A DNA stretch of 62,429 bases, the filler included, from Chlamydiales bacterium (GTDB lineage Bacteria; Chlamydiota; Chlamydiia; Chlamydiales; JACRBE01), in NCBI GenBank assembly GCA_016213235.1. It is 4 parts of 4 records of this genome, joined end to end, with 100 filler letters (N's around TTAATTAATTAA, not from the genome) between each part and the next. Parts side by side here need not be neighbours in the genome. Positions count along the whole stretch, not along the records: positions 42,854 to 59,853 come from JACRBE010000007.1; 3 more parts are not named here. One strand, given 5' to 3'. Positions 44,950 through 54,045 of the stretch are shown in pieces. The number at the start of each line of letters is the position of its first letter. Position 1 is the first letter of the stretch. A program made the translations under genes and the position numbers. Below the pieces are notes generated by a model. The model was not told the DNA's origin. It ran no database searches and saw only the letters and a program-made list of their open reading frames with translations.

Positions 44950-45803
44950 AAGGTAACTTCCGCTTTTAATTGATCAATAAAGGCATCTATTAAAGGAATC
45001 GTAAATGGTAGCATATGAAGAGATGCTTCAAGTGTATTAAAATGGAACTCCACTTTTTCATCTAAGAGCTTTTTAGAAAAACGATCTGTATAGTTTAGTT
45101 TTTTCCGCTTTGCATCAGAGGTGGCATCATGCAGATCATCCATATATTGATATAAAATACCAAGGTGTTTGCCAATTAGTTTTAAGTGATGCATCACTTC
45201 AGTTGTAGCTTTAATTAAAATACCACCAAATGCAAAAGCGCAAATAAATAGGTTTGCCGTTTTCTTTTCGTAAATCATCTCTAATGTGGATATCGATAGT
45301 TTTTTTTCTTCATAATATAGATCTAGTATCTGACCACCAATGAGACCAAGTCCTCCACTACAAGAAGATAAAGAGGAAATGAGTTCTAAGCGCTGCTCGC
45401 TGGATAGGTGATACTGCTTTGCAAGAATTTCAAATGCATAGGTAAGTAAAAAGTCACCTGTTAAAACGGCGGTAGACTCACTGTATGCTTTATGTAGAGA
45501 TGGCTTTCCTCTTCTAAAATCATCATCATCCATACAAGGGAGGTCATCGTGTATAAGAGAATAGGTGTGAATAAGCTCTATTGCGCAGGCGACATCTAAA
45601 AAAGGCTCTATTACACAAAGGGCGCTATCTGTAATACATAAAGGAATGATAGCTCTTATTCTTTTCCCATCTGATAATAGAGAATATCTGGCAGCATCAA
45701 ACAATGAGGATAAAGGCATCTTTTCTTCTGGAATAATCGAAGATAACCGATCAAGTAAGGGATGAATATATTTCTGTAGCTGCAATTCTAGTGTTTTTTT
45801 CAA
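44937..45803 (-). CDS. ispA: Polyprenyl diphosphate synthase
   Basis: GKRIR, SLIHDDLPCMDDDDFRRGKPS, GQILD, KTA, QYMDD. Confidence 0.93.
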   Translation of the reverse strand: MKKTLELQLQKYIHPLLDRLSSIIPEEKMPLSSLFDAARYSLLSDGKRIRAIIPLCITDSALCVIEPFLDVACAIELIHTYSLIHDDLPCMDDDDFRRGKPSLHKAYSESTAVLTGDFLLTYAFEILAKQYHLSSEQRLELISSLSSCSGGLGLIGGQILDLYYEEKKLSISTLEMIYEKKTANLFICAFAFGGILIKATTEVMHHLKLIGKHLGILYQYMDDLHDATSDAKRKKLNYTDRFSKKLLDEKVEFHFNTLEASLHMLPFTIPLIDAFIDQLKAEVTLCKI

Positions 45804-47124
45804 CTACTACTCCTATTCCAAAATAATCATAGCCATATTGGTTCATTTCTAATGGATTATATTGATTTCTACCATCAAAAAAAGCTTTTCCTTTCATTTG
45901 AGATAAGATTTGCAAATGGTCTACAAAACGAAATTGCTTCCATTCGGTAACAAGGGCTATGGCATCGACATCGATTGCAGCTGCATAGTCACTGTCAAAA
46001 TATCTAACTTGTGTAGACGGAGGAAATAGCTTTTTCATATGAGCCATTGCTTTTGGGTCATATAAATGAAGGCGAGCATTGCTATGAAGCAGTTTGTTAA
46101 TTAAAACGATACTGGGAGCTTCTCGGATATCATCTGTTTCTGGTTTGAAACTAAGGCCCCAAATACAGATGGTGACATCAGACAAGTCCGATTCAAAATA
46201 ACGCTCTATTTTCTGAAATAGAATTGTTTTTTGATATTCGTTTACTTCCAATATGGCATCTATCATAGGGGTTTTACTCCCTATTGTTTGTGCCACATGC
46301 TGCATTGCTGCAATATCTTTTGGAAAACAAGAACCGCCAAACCCAATTCCGGCATATAAAAACTGGTATCCAATCCTCTGATCAGAGCCAATCCCTACCC
46401 TCACCTGATGAATGTTTGCTCCTACCAGCTCACAAACATTAGCCAGCTCATTCATCAAAGAGATACGAGAAGCGAGCATAATATTAGCGGCATATTTGGT
46501 CATTTCAGCAGATTTGATGTCCATAATAAGGATGCGATCATGATTGTAGGAGAAAGCCTTATACATTTTTTTCATTGTTTCAATAGTGTGTTTGTTTTCT
46601 GCTCCAATAATAATACGGTCTGGTTTCATACAGTCTTGAATGGCAGATCCCTCTTTCAAGAATTCTGGATTGGCAACAACATCAAACTTTAGACAAGAGT
46701 CACGCTCTTGGAGTGCTCTTTGAATAATATGGCGCAGATTTTCTACAGTTCCGACAGGGGCTGTAGATTTATTAACAATAATAAGAGGAGCTAGCATCTT
46801 TCGTGCAATTGTTTGCGCCGCAGTAAAAAGAAAAGATAAATCAGCTGATCCATCTGTTTTTTTTGTAGTAGGAAGAGCTAAAAAGCAAATTTCACTCCTT
46901 TCAAGAGCTTGGCTATAAGAAGTGGTGAAGATGGCGCGTTTTGCTTCTATATTACGATGGAGAAGATCGGCAAGGCCAGGTTCATAAAACGTAGGGATAC
47001 CATTAGATAAAGAGATTATTTTATGTTCATCGATATCAACAAAAACAATATGATGTCCCATCTCTGCAAAACAAAGACCGGTCACGAGTCCAACATAGCC
47101 ACAGCCAATAACTGCAATATCCAT
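45751..47124 (-). CDS. ugd: UDP-glucose 6-dehydrogenase
   Basis: GCGYVG, NPEFLKEG, GFGGSCFPKD, FKPETDDIRE. Confidence 0.96.
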   Translation of the reverse strand: MDIAVIGCGYVGLVTGLCFAEMGHHIVFVDIDEHKIISLSNGIPTFYEPGLADLLHRNIEAKRAIFTTSYSQALERSEICFLALPTTKKTDGSADLSFLFTAAQTIARKMLAPLIIVNKSTAPVGTVENLRHIIQRALQERDSCLKFDVVANPEFLKEGSAIQDCMKPDRIIIGAENKHTIETMKKMYKAFSYNHDRILIMDIKSAEMTKYAANIMLASRISLMNELANVCELVGANIHQVRVGIGSDQRIGYQFLYAGIGFGGSCFPKDIAAMQHVAQTIGSKTPMIDAILEVNEYQKTILFQKIERYFESDLSDVTICIWGLSFKPETDDIREAPSIVLINKLLHSNARLHLYDPKAMAHMKKLFPPSTQVRYFDSDYAAAIDVDAIALVTEWKQFRFVDHLQILSQMKGKAFFDGRNQYNPLEMNQYGYDYFGIGVVVEKNTRIAATEIYSSLT

Positions 47125-47166
47125 TTACATCCTTATACTCATCAAATAATAGTTTAAGTCGATAGA

Positions 47167-47829
47167 CTATAATGCCACAATATTTTTATTTTGCAGTTGA
47201 TATTGGTAATCTAATCTAGATGCAAATTTCATATCATGTGTAACTAAAACAAGTGTTTTACCACTTGATCTACAAGCATCAATCAACAGATTTTGAATAA
47301 TAAGGGCGTTGCTTTGATCTATATTACCCGTTGGTTCATCAGCAAAAATAATGCTTGGGTCATTCACTAGCGCCCTTGCAATGCAAGCTCTCTGTTTTTC
47401 TCCACCTGATAAGGTGCTGGCTAATGAATCTTTCCTGTTCAGTAGTCCTACCTGATTCAGTAACTCTATCGCTCGCGTATAAGAAGGTGACTGTTTGGAG
47501 GTGTCTTGCCGATCAATCTGCGCAGGAAGCAAGATATTTTCTAAGACGCTTAAATCTTCTAATAAAAAGTAGGACTGAAAGATAAAACCAAAATGTTTTC
47601 TACGAAGATCGTTTATGTTGAGATCTTGATAGCGAGTCTCTTGAAAAAGAAGTTCTCCTGTTGTTGGAAAATCTAGAGCTCCCAAGATGTGCAACAGGGT
47701 GCTTTTTCCAACACCAGATGGTCCTGTAATTGCATAGGAGGCGCCTCTCGTTAAGTCTAATGAGATGCTTTCAATAATGCACAAAGAAGAGTCTTTAAAT
47801 GTTTTGGTAATATTGTTTGCTCTAATCAT
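47167..47829 (-). CDS. lolD: Lipoprotein-releasing ABC ATPase
   Basis: GPSGVGKST, LSGGEKQR, ADEPTGN; adjacent to the FtsX-type permease. Confidence 0.85.
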   Translation of the reverse strand: MIRANNITKTFKDSSLCIIESISLDLTRGASYAITGPSGVGKSTLLHILGALDFPTTGELLFQETRYQDLNINDLRRKHFGFIFQSYFLLEDLSVLENILLPAQIDRQDTSKQSPSYTRAIELLNQVGLLNRKDSLASTLSGGEKQRACIARALVNDPSIIFADEPTGNIDQSNALIIQNLLIDACRSSGKTLVLVTHDMKFASRLDYQYQLQNKNIVAL

Positions 47830-49841
47830 CCCTCAGACCTGAGTATTGCAGTAGGTGATAATTTCATTGCTACCATAGCAGGAACCAAACTTGCGATCAA
47901 AGACAAAATGGGGGTGGCTATAAAAAGAAAAATGATAGCATCCATGCTCATTTGGTTTGGCAGATGAGTTCCATAAAAGAGTGGATTAAACGCATCTCTT
48001 CCTTGAATAAAGCTTAAAAATCGTACAATGGAATCGATATGTAATAGTGTCATATGAGCAAGTAGTGTGCCAATAAAACAACTAACAAGACCAAGACAAG
48101 CCCCAACGCCACCAAAAATAAGAGCGATACTTTGTCGAGATGCCCCAAGTGCCTGCATGATGCCTATCTCTCTTTTTTTATCTTTTACCAGCATAAGTAA
48201 AAGGGCAATAATATTAGAGCAGGCTACCGTGAGAATAATAAGCCCAATTAACATAAACAGATATCGATCGCTTTGAAACTGTTGCATCAAGTCTTTTGCA
48301 AAAGGATAATCATAGAAAGACTCTATGGTGAAATAGGAAGAAAGAGATGCTTCATCAAAGGCGGTTTTAAGCGACTTTTCAATTGATTTTGTTTCATTTA
48401 AATGGGGGAACCACACCTGTATTCCATTTTTTAATAAAGGATCAATGGTGTCAGCATAACTGCTATGGGTCATTAAATGGACGAGCTCATAAGGGGCTAA
48501 AATGCTCCTTGCTCCAACAGTCATGATACCTGGATCATAAAACCCTGCAACTGCAATTGCCTCTCGTTGCTCTGTATTTTTTGATAAAGAAAAAGACCCA
48601 TAGGAAAGATACCCAACATCTCCAATCACAACATCATTATCTTTTAAATTTTTTGGAAGTAGTACGCCATAATAGCCTGGAAATAAGGGGATTTTAACCA
48701 TGTTGCCTACGCTGTAGGCCCATAGAGGGGGAATAGAAGGTAGCGCGGTAAAATGCAACTCTGGTTTTGCACTAACAATATCAATTTGATAGGGAAGAAA
48801 GGTAAGAGTAAGGGGATGGTCGAAATCATTTGTGTGAGCAAGAAGGTGAAACTCATTTGCTTGTGATACATTCCATGTAGTTTCTTCTGGAAAAAAAACG
48901 AGAGAAGAAGTAGGTAAAGAAAAGAGATCATCATCTCTTTTACACTCTATTTTATCTCCTATTTTTTGTACCTGATAGAGAATGTCATTTTGAGAGTTTC
49001 CTTTTGCTAGATGGATATCATTGTCAAGAATGTAAGCTGAAAAAACCAGTCCTTCCGGTAAGAGAGTTGCAGATAATTTTTCTGATTGTTTTAGTTTGAT
49101 TGTTTTTATACCTGCATGAGTAAAAAAGGCAGAGACTTGTCTGCTATCTTGCTCTTTTTTGTAAAGGGAGCAGGTAGTATCGGATAGGACATTTTTTAGC
49201 TCATAGGAAAGTGTAGCTAAAAGATGATTGAGATCGTTTTCTGTTGGAGCAATCAGTAAAGAGGAGAGATGAGGATTATCATCTAATAAAGAAGCGGTGT
49301 AGGCCGCTTGCGTTAAAAAATTTTGGGAAAATAGCTGAGAAGATAGGGAGTTGGTATTTCTGATCAATTTCATTTTCAGAAGAGATGGTGCTACTTCGTA
49401 ATCTTGGGCCCCTATAAAGGGATACCTGCTTCTTACAGTGTCAATAGCTGTGTAAGCCTCTTTAATGAGATCTCTTGATGGGTTTTTTGGAAAAAAAGAG
49501 GGAAGCGATTGATCAATGGAGGGGTCATAAGGGTCTAGCATAGAAGCAGCTTTTTTCTCTCTAATGCTTTTTGTCTGGTAAGAAGAATTAAAAGCATACC
49601 CATCGATAAGGTAGTAATAAGAATTATAATAGTTTTGTGTAGGTATGATTTGTATGGGGGAATTTAACTGAGTGAGTTTTGTCAGCCAGTTTTTTTCGAT
49701 TCCAGAGGTAACGGATAAAAAAACGAGTATTAACCAAACAACAGAAGAAATTACAACAAGCGACATCAATCCGATTAAACTTACAGAAAGATGTCGTTTT
49801 CGTGGTATTAAATATTTCCTTAAAACGGAAAATTCAAACAT
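47826..49841 (-). CDS. LolC/E-type (FtsX-like) permease with large periplasmic domain
   Basis: N-terminal TM; C-terminal VACSNII...DKKREIGIMQALGAS...AILRSE. Confidence 0.88.
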   Translation of the reverse strand: MFEFSVLRKYLIPRKRHLSVSLIGLMSLVVISSVVWLILVFLSVTSGIEKNWLTKLTQLNSPIQIIPTQNYYNSYYYLIDGYAFNSSYQTKSIREKKAASMLDPYDPSIDQSLPSFFPKNPSRDLIKEAYTAIDTVRSRYPFIGAQDYEVAPSLLKMKLIRNTNSLSSQLFSQNFLTQAAYTASLLDDNPHLSSLLIAPTENDLNHLLATLSYELKNVLSDTTCSLYKKEQDSRQVSAFFTHAGIKTIKLKQSEKLSATLLPEGLVFSAYILDNDIHLAKGNSQNDILYQVQKIGDKIECKRDDDLFSLPTSSLVFFPEETTWNVSQANEFHLLAHTNDFDHPLTLTFLPYQIDIVSAKPELHFTALPSIPPLWAYSVGNMVKIPLFPGYYGVLLPKNLKDNDVVIGDVGYLSYGSFSLSKNTEQREAIAVAGFYDPGIMTVGARSILAPYELVHLMTHSSYADTIDPLLKNGIQVWFPHLNETKSIEKSLKTAFDEASLSSYFTIESFYDYPFAKDLMQQFQSDRYLFMLIGLIILTVACSNIIALLLMLVKDKKREIGIMQALGASRQSIALIFGGVGACLGLVSCFIGTLLAHMTLLHIDSIVRFLSFIQGRDAFNPLFYGTHLPNQMSMDAIIFLFIATPILSLIASLVPAMVAMKLSPTAILRSEG

Positions 49842-50003
49842 CTATTTTGCTTCTTTAAAAGAGACGTGTTTCTTTAGCAATTTATCATATTTTTTTAGTT
49901 CTAAACGCTCTGTTGTCGTTTTCTTGTTTTTCATCGTCCAATAGCACTCGGAGCTCTCTGAGCTTTTCAATTTAATTTTTTCTCTAGCACCTTTCTTAGC
50001 CAT
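49842..50003 (-). CDS. rpmG: 50S ribosomal protein L33 (below ORF-track cutoff)
   Basis: MAKKGAREKIKLKSSESSECYWTMKNKKTTTERLELKKYDKLLKKHVSFKEAK. Confidence 0.97.
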   Translation of the reverse strand: MAKKGAREKIKLKSSESSECYWTMKNKKTTTERLELKKYDKLLKKHVSFKEAK

Positions 50004-50142
50004 TTTTAATCCCTATGTTCAAAATTTTAATTGTGCACAAAATTGTATAGAGAAATTCTTAATTATACAAGCAAATTTCTAAAGAATAGACTGCAATAGT
50101 AAGAGTTTTTTATAGCTTCGTACTTCAATGACATTCGGTATG

Positions 50143-51165
50143 TTAAGAAGAAAAAACCAGTTTTGGACTCGGTGGCAAATCAAAACAGTTTCCTTTCTTT
50201 TGATATTCATGAAATCCAAGTCCTGCGATCATCGCGGCATTATCTAAAGAGAGACCACTTGGAGGGAAATGGATGCGAAAGGTAGAGGGAGCATGACTGA
50301 CTAATAACTCACGGAGTTTGGAGCTATTACTCACACCTCCCCCTAAAAAAACATCGCTGCAACCATGTGATTGCGCTATAAAAATTGTCTTATATACAAT
50401 ATCGGAAAAAGCCGCTAGCTGAAAACTTGCAGCGATGTCGTTTTTTTTTGATTCTTCTATGGAAATTGAAGATGGCATATGGTTGTTTTTCCCATAAATG
50501 GCATGCATAACCTGGGTTTTTAGACCGCTAAAAGAAAACAAAAGAGGGTTCTCTTTTACCTTGCCGGGTTTAAAGGCGTAAGCAGATGGATTGCCAAGTA
50601 GTGCTCGTTTTTCAATTTCCGGTCCTCCGGGATAGGGAAGTCCCAGCATTTTTGCTACCTTATCAAAGGATTCTCCAATGGCGTCATCTACTGTCGTAGA
50701 TAAACGCTCATACTCTCCAATATTTTTTATTTTAACAATGGCTGTATGTCCACCAGAAACGACAACCCCAATTGCCGGAAGGGTATATTCTATTTTTTCG
50801 TGCATCATGGCAGCATAGAGATGCGCTTCAATATGATTTACACCAACTACCGGTTTATTTAGTGTAAATCCAAGTGTTTTTGCAACATTGACACCAATGA
50901 TAAGTGCCCCCATCAGACCGGGGCCGTTTGCTACAGCAATAAGATCGATATCTTCTAATGTAACATGGGCTTGGTCTAAGGCTTCATCAATAACCGGTAA
51001 TATAACATCAAGATGTTTCCTACATGCCAATTCAGGAAAGACGCCTCCGTAAGGCAGGTGGATATCGGTTTGAGAATAAATGACATTAGATAGGATTTTC
51101 TTTCCATCTTCTACAACTGCTATTGCAGTTTCATCACATGTTGTTTCAATACCAAGTACTAGCAT
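50143..51165 (-). CDS. tsaD: tRNA N6-adenosine threonylcarbamoyltransferase
   Basis: MLVLGIETTCDET, HIEAH, VSGGH, DDAIGESFDK, DNAAMIA. Confidence 0.97.
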   Translation of the reverse strand: MLVLGIETTCDETAIAVVEDGKKILSNVIYSQTDIHLPYGGVFPELACRKHLDVILPVIDEALDQAHVTLEDIDLIAVANGPGLMGALIIGVNVAKTLGFTLNKPVVGVNHIEAHLYAAMMHEKIEYTLPAIGVVVSGGHTAIVKIKNIGEYERLSTTVDDAIGESFDKVAKMLGLPYPGGPEIEKRALLGNPSAYAFKPGKVKENPLLFSFSGLKTQVMHAIYGKNNHMPSSISIEESKKNDIAASFQLAAFSDIVYKTIFIAQSHGCSDVFLGGGVSNSSKLRELLVSHAPSTFRIHFPPSGLSLDNAAMIAGLGFHEYQKKGNCFDLPPSPKLVFSS

Positions 51166-52079
51166 ATTGTATCCATGGCTCGTTTTAATCGCTCTATTAT
51201 TGTTGCATAGGCATCCGTTGATGGTAGATCTATGTCTACCCAAGCAGTTAAGATGTTATGTTCATCTAGTTGCCTTAATGTATTAAATAAGTTTCTTGTA
51301 ATTTCTTTAGGGTTATCATCTCTTCCCAAACTAAAAAATGGTAGGTGAGAGGGGTAATATCGATTAAAATATCCAACGAGTGCATCTGCGCGTGGTAGAT
51401 CTTCTTGTTTGGAAAGAAGAATAGCTTTCGGACTGTAGTGCTTATACATGCTGCCCGGACAAATAGGCGCAGCGCTTATTGTAACTTTTTTATTTATTTT
51501 TTCCTCTAGCTCTTCTTTGGAGATGGCCCCTAAGCGAAAAATTTTCCATTTATGATCGATAAAACCGATAATGGTAGATTCTACTCCAATGGATGGTGGA
51601 TCTCCCTCCATGATAGGAAAATCTTTACCAAAGTCAGTTTCTATATGAGAGGCAAGTGTTGCAGATGGTCTGCCGGATAAGTTTGCAGATGGAGCTGCAA
51701 GTGGGCCTGTTTTTTCGATTAGCTCTAGTAACTCTGGATGCTTTGGCATGCGGATACCGATAGTAAGAAGACCTCCTGTAATAATAGGCGATATAGATTC
51801 TTTTGCCAGTAGTATAAAGGTAAGAGGTCCTGGCCAAAATATAGACATTAATTTTTTTACTTCTGGATCTAATGCTTTTACAAGCGCCTGTACTTGATGA
51901 TAATTTGCAACATGAACAATCAAAGGATTTTTTTTAGGCCGTTTCTTGAGCAAATAAATATTTTCTATAGCGTTATGTTTAGACACAAGGCCGGCCAGTC
52001 CATATACTGTTTCTGTCGGAACAGCTATGTTTTTACCATCTAATAAAAGTCTTTTTGCTTCATTAATAGAAATAATCAT
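51159..52079 (-). CDS. sua5: Threonylcarbamoyl-AMP synthase Sua5/TsaC
   Basis: PTETVYGL, KKRPKKNPLIVH, WPGPLT, APSAN, PGSMYKHYSP. Confidence 0.95.
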   Translation of the reverse strand: MIISINEAKRLLLDGKNIAVPTETVYGLAGLVSKHNAIENIYLLKKRPKKNPLIVHVANYHQVQALVKALDPEVKKLMSIFWPGPLTFILLAKESISPIITGGLLTIGIRMPKHPELLELIEKTGPLAAPSANLSGRPSATLASHIETDFGKDFPIMEGDPPSIGVESTIIGFIDHKWKIFRLGAISKEELEEKINKKVTISAAPICPGSMYKHYSPKAILLSKQEDLPRADALVGYFNRYYPSHLPFFSLGRDDNPKEITRNLFNTLRQLDEHNILTAWVDIDLPSTDAYATIIERLKRAMDTIC

Positions 52080-52131
52080 AATAACGAGTATAGCATAGCA
52101 TTGGAAGACTCACAAGAGCGCTGTTATTGTT

Positions 52132-52488
52132 TCAGTCCAAGTCTTGAGATGGAGGGCGGCGCAGACGTTTTTTAGCAGAGTCTTTTGCTTTTTTAGCGCT
52201 GTTTTTGATCTTTACTGAGCGTGATTTGCGCGTAGCAATACGCTTTGGTTTCCTATAGTTGAGTTTTTCTACGATTTTGCGCAGTTTTGCAAGGCATTGC
52301 CTTTTATTGAGATATTGACTTCTCTCTTTTTGGCTTGTAACAACGATTCCTGTTGGAATATGAGTAAGGCGGACTGCACTATCTGTGACATTGGTATGCT
52401 GACCTCCAGGGCCGCTGGAGCGATAAGCGCTACATTTGCACTCTGACAAAAGATCTTCATCTAATGTTGGTAGTATGATTTTAGCCAT
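52132..52488 (-). CDS. ArfB/RF-1-domain ribosome-rescue peptidyl-tRNA hydrolase
   Basis: [18 protein letters not shown], basic C-terminal tail. Confidence 0.88.
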   Translation of the reverse strand: MAKIILPTLDEDLLSECKCSAYRSSGPGGQHTNVTDSAVRLTHIPTGIVVTSQKERSQYLNKRQCLAKLRKIVEKLNYRKPKRIATRKSRSVKIKNSAKKAKDSAKKRLRRPPSQDLD

Positions 52489-52494
52489 ATTGTC

Positions 52495-52770
52495 TTAACT
52501 ATATTTTTTGTTTGACTGTTCAATCAAAGCAATCTTTTCTTTTCGACTCAATTTTTTGATAGCACACTCTCTTTTTAGGGCCTCTGAGCGATTGGGATGA
52601 GTCTCTCGAAATACCACTTTTTCAGGACTGGAAAAATAAAAGAAGCGGGCTCCTTTTTGCCGTTTTTGATGGTTATCAAAACGGCGCTCTAAATTGTTAG
52701 TTATTCCTGTATAGAGCTTCTTTGATTTTGTCTCAATAATATATACTTCCCACTTGTTTGATGATGTAAT
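52495..52770 (-). CDS. GIY-YIG nuclease (YhbQ/UPF0213-like) with ATT in place of a start codon
   Basis: Hand translation ITSSNKWEVYIIETKSKKLYTGITNNLERRFDNHQKRQKGARFF...RSEALKRECAIKKLSRKEK; AAAGGA 8 nt upstream of ATT. Confidence 0.8.
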   Translation of the reverse strand: MTSSNKWEVYIIETKSKKLYTGITNNLERRFDNHQKRQKGARFFYFSSPEKVVFRETHPNRSEALKRECAIKKLSRKEKIALIEQSNKKYS

Positions 52771-52830
52771 AGTCTATGTCCTTTTTAATATGATGGAAAA
52801 TTGCATTCTTGCAAAAAAGCATTTCTTCGT

Positions 52831-53817
52831 CTAATGGAGAATGCTTTTCCATCCCTCTTTTAAAAGAGGAAGAGCAAATTGCATAAAAGAACTTAGGCTT
52901 GTGTGTTGTGAAGTGAGTATAATGTTTCTCTTTTCGAGCAATGCAGTATTACCTTTAAATAAAAAGCTCATCAGCTGCTTTAGTTTATTTACTTGCGCTC
53001 TTGGGGGAGACTGAGGGGCTATTTCTCCGAGGTAAGTATCAAAATAACAAATAAGATCCTCCCATTTGGGAATATAGGACTCATTAGAAAAATGAGCGTT
53101 AATCTGATGAAAAACAAATGGATTGATCACGCTGCCCCTTCCAATCATCAAAGCATCGCATTTTGTCTGCTTTAGCATTTCCAGTGCATGTTCTACATTT
53201 AAAATGTCACCATTTCCGACTACCGGTATCTTAAGTAGGGATTTTGCCTCAGCAATGAGGTCCCATCTGGCAGGAGGGCCATATCCATCGACCTTGGTTC
53301 TTGGGTGAAGAGTAATATAGTGAGCCCCACTCTCCTCCGCAGCAAGCAAATTTTCTTTAAATAGAGAAATATCTTCATATCCAGAGCGCATCTTTATGGT
53401 GACAGGAATAGAAACAGCTTTAACAATTGATTTTGCTACTTGATACAGAAAAGAGGGGTCTTTAAGTAAACTGGATCCAGCTCCTCTTCCTGTCACCGTA
53501 TTAGAAGGACACCCACAATTTAGATCGATACGAGGCGCTCTTCTATGCTGCATCTCTTTTGCCATTTCAGCCATCAAATCCAGGTCAGAGCCCATTAATT
53601 GCGCTGCGAGAGGAATAGGAGATAGCTCATCAGCATGATAGTCTTCTGCAAGACTTTTCACATGAGCGTTTTTTGGCACTCTGAGAAAGTCTCTGACCGC
53701 TTCATCAAATCCTCCAATCGTATTTATAGCCTTGCGAAAGCAGCGATCGCCAACGCCTTCCATAGGAGCTAGTATCAGAAAAGGGCAGCCATTTGGCTTT
53801 TTAGGGAGTAGGTTCAT
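52831..53817 (-). CDS. dus: tRNA-dihydrouridine synthase
   Basis: LAPMEGV, DLNCGCP, GAGSSLL, VGNGDI, MIGRG. Confidence 0.94.
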   Translation of the reverse strand: MNLLPKKPNGCPFLILAPMEGVGDRCFRKAINTIGGFDEAVRDFLRVPKNAHVKSLAEDYHADELSPIPLAAQLMGSDLDLMAEMAKEMQHRRAPRIDLNCGCPSNTVTGRGAGSSLLKDPSFLYQVAKSIVKAVSIPVTIKMRSGYEDISLFKENLLAAEESGAHYITLHPRTKVDGYGPPARWDLIAEAKSLLKIPVVGNGDILNVEHALEMLKQTKCDALMIGRGSVINPFVFHQINAHFSNESYIPKWEDLICYFDTYLGEIAPQSPPRAQVNKLKQLMSFLFKGNTALLEKRNIILTSQHTSLSSFMQFALPLLKEGWKSILH

Positions 53818-54045
53818 CTGAAGAAAAAATGTTTTTAATGATCTTAAATTTTAAGAGATCATGGAATAAAAACCTAATGCTAATAATCGCAAAAAACGAT
53901 TTATTGACAAGATGTCCTTATTTGACGCTTACCTGAATGTTGGATAATTCTATTCTGAAAGTAAAACAACCTCCTTATAAAAAAAAACAATTTATGCGAC
54001 AACTACGCTGAAAATCACCCCACCAACTTTAGTCATGGGAGTATG

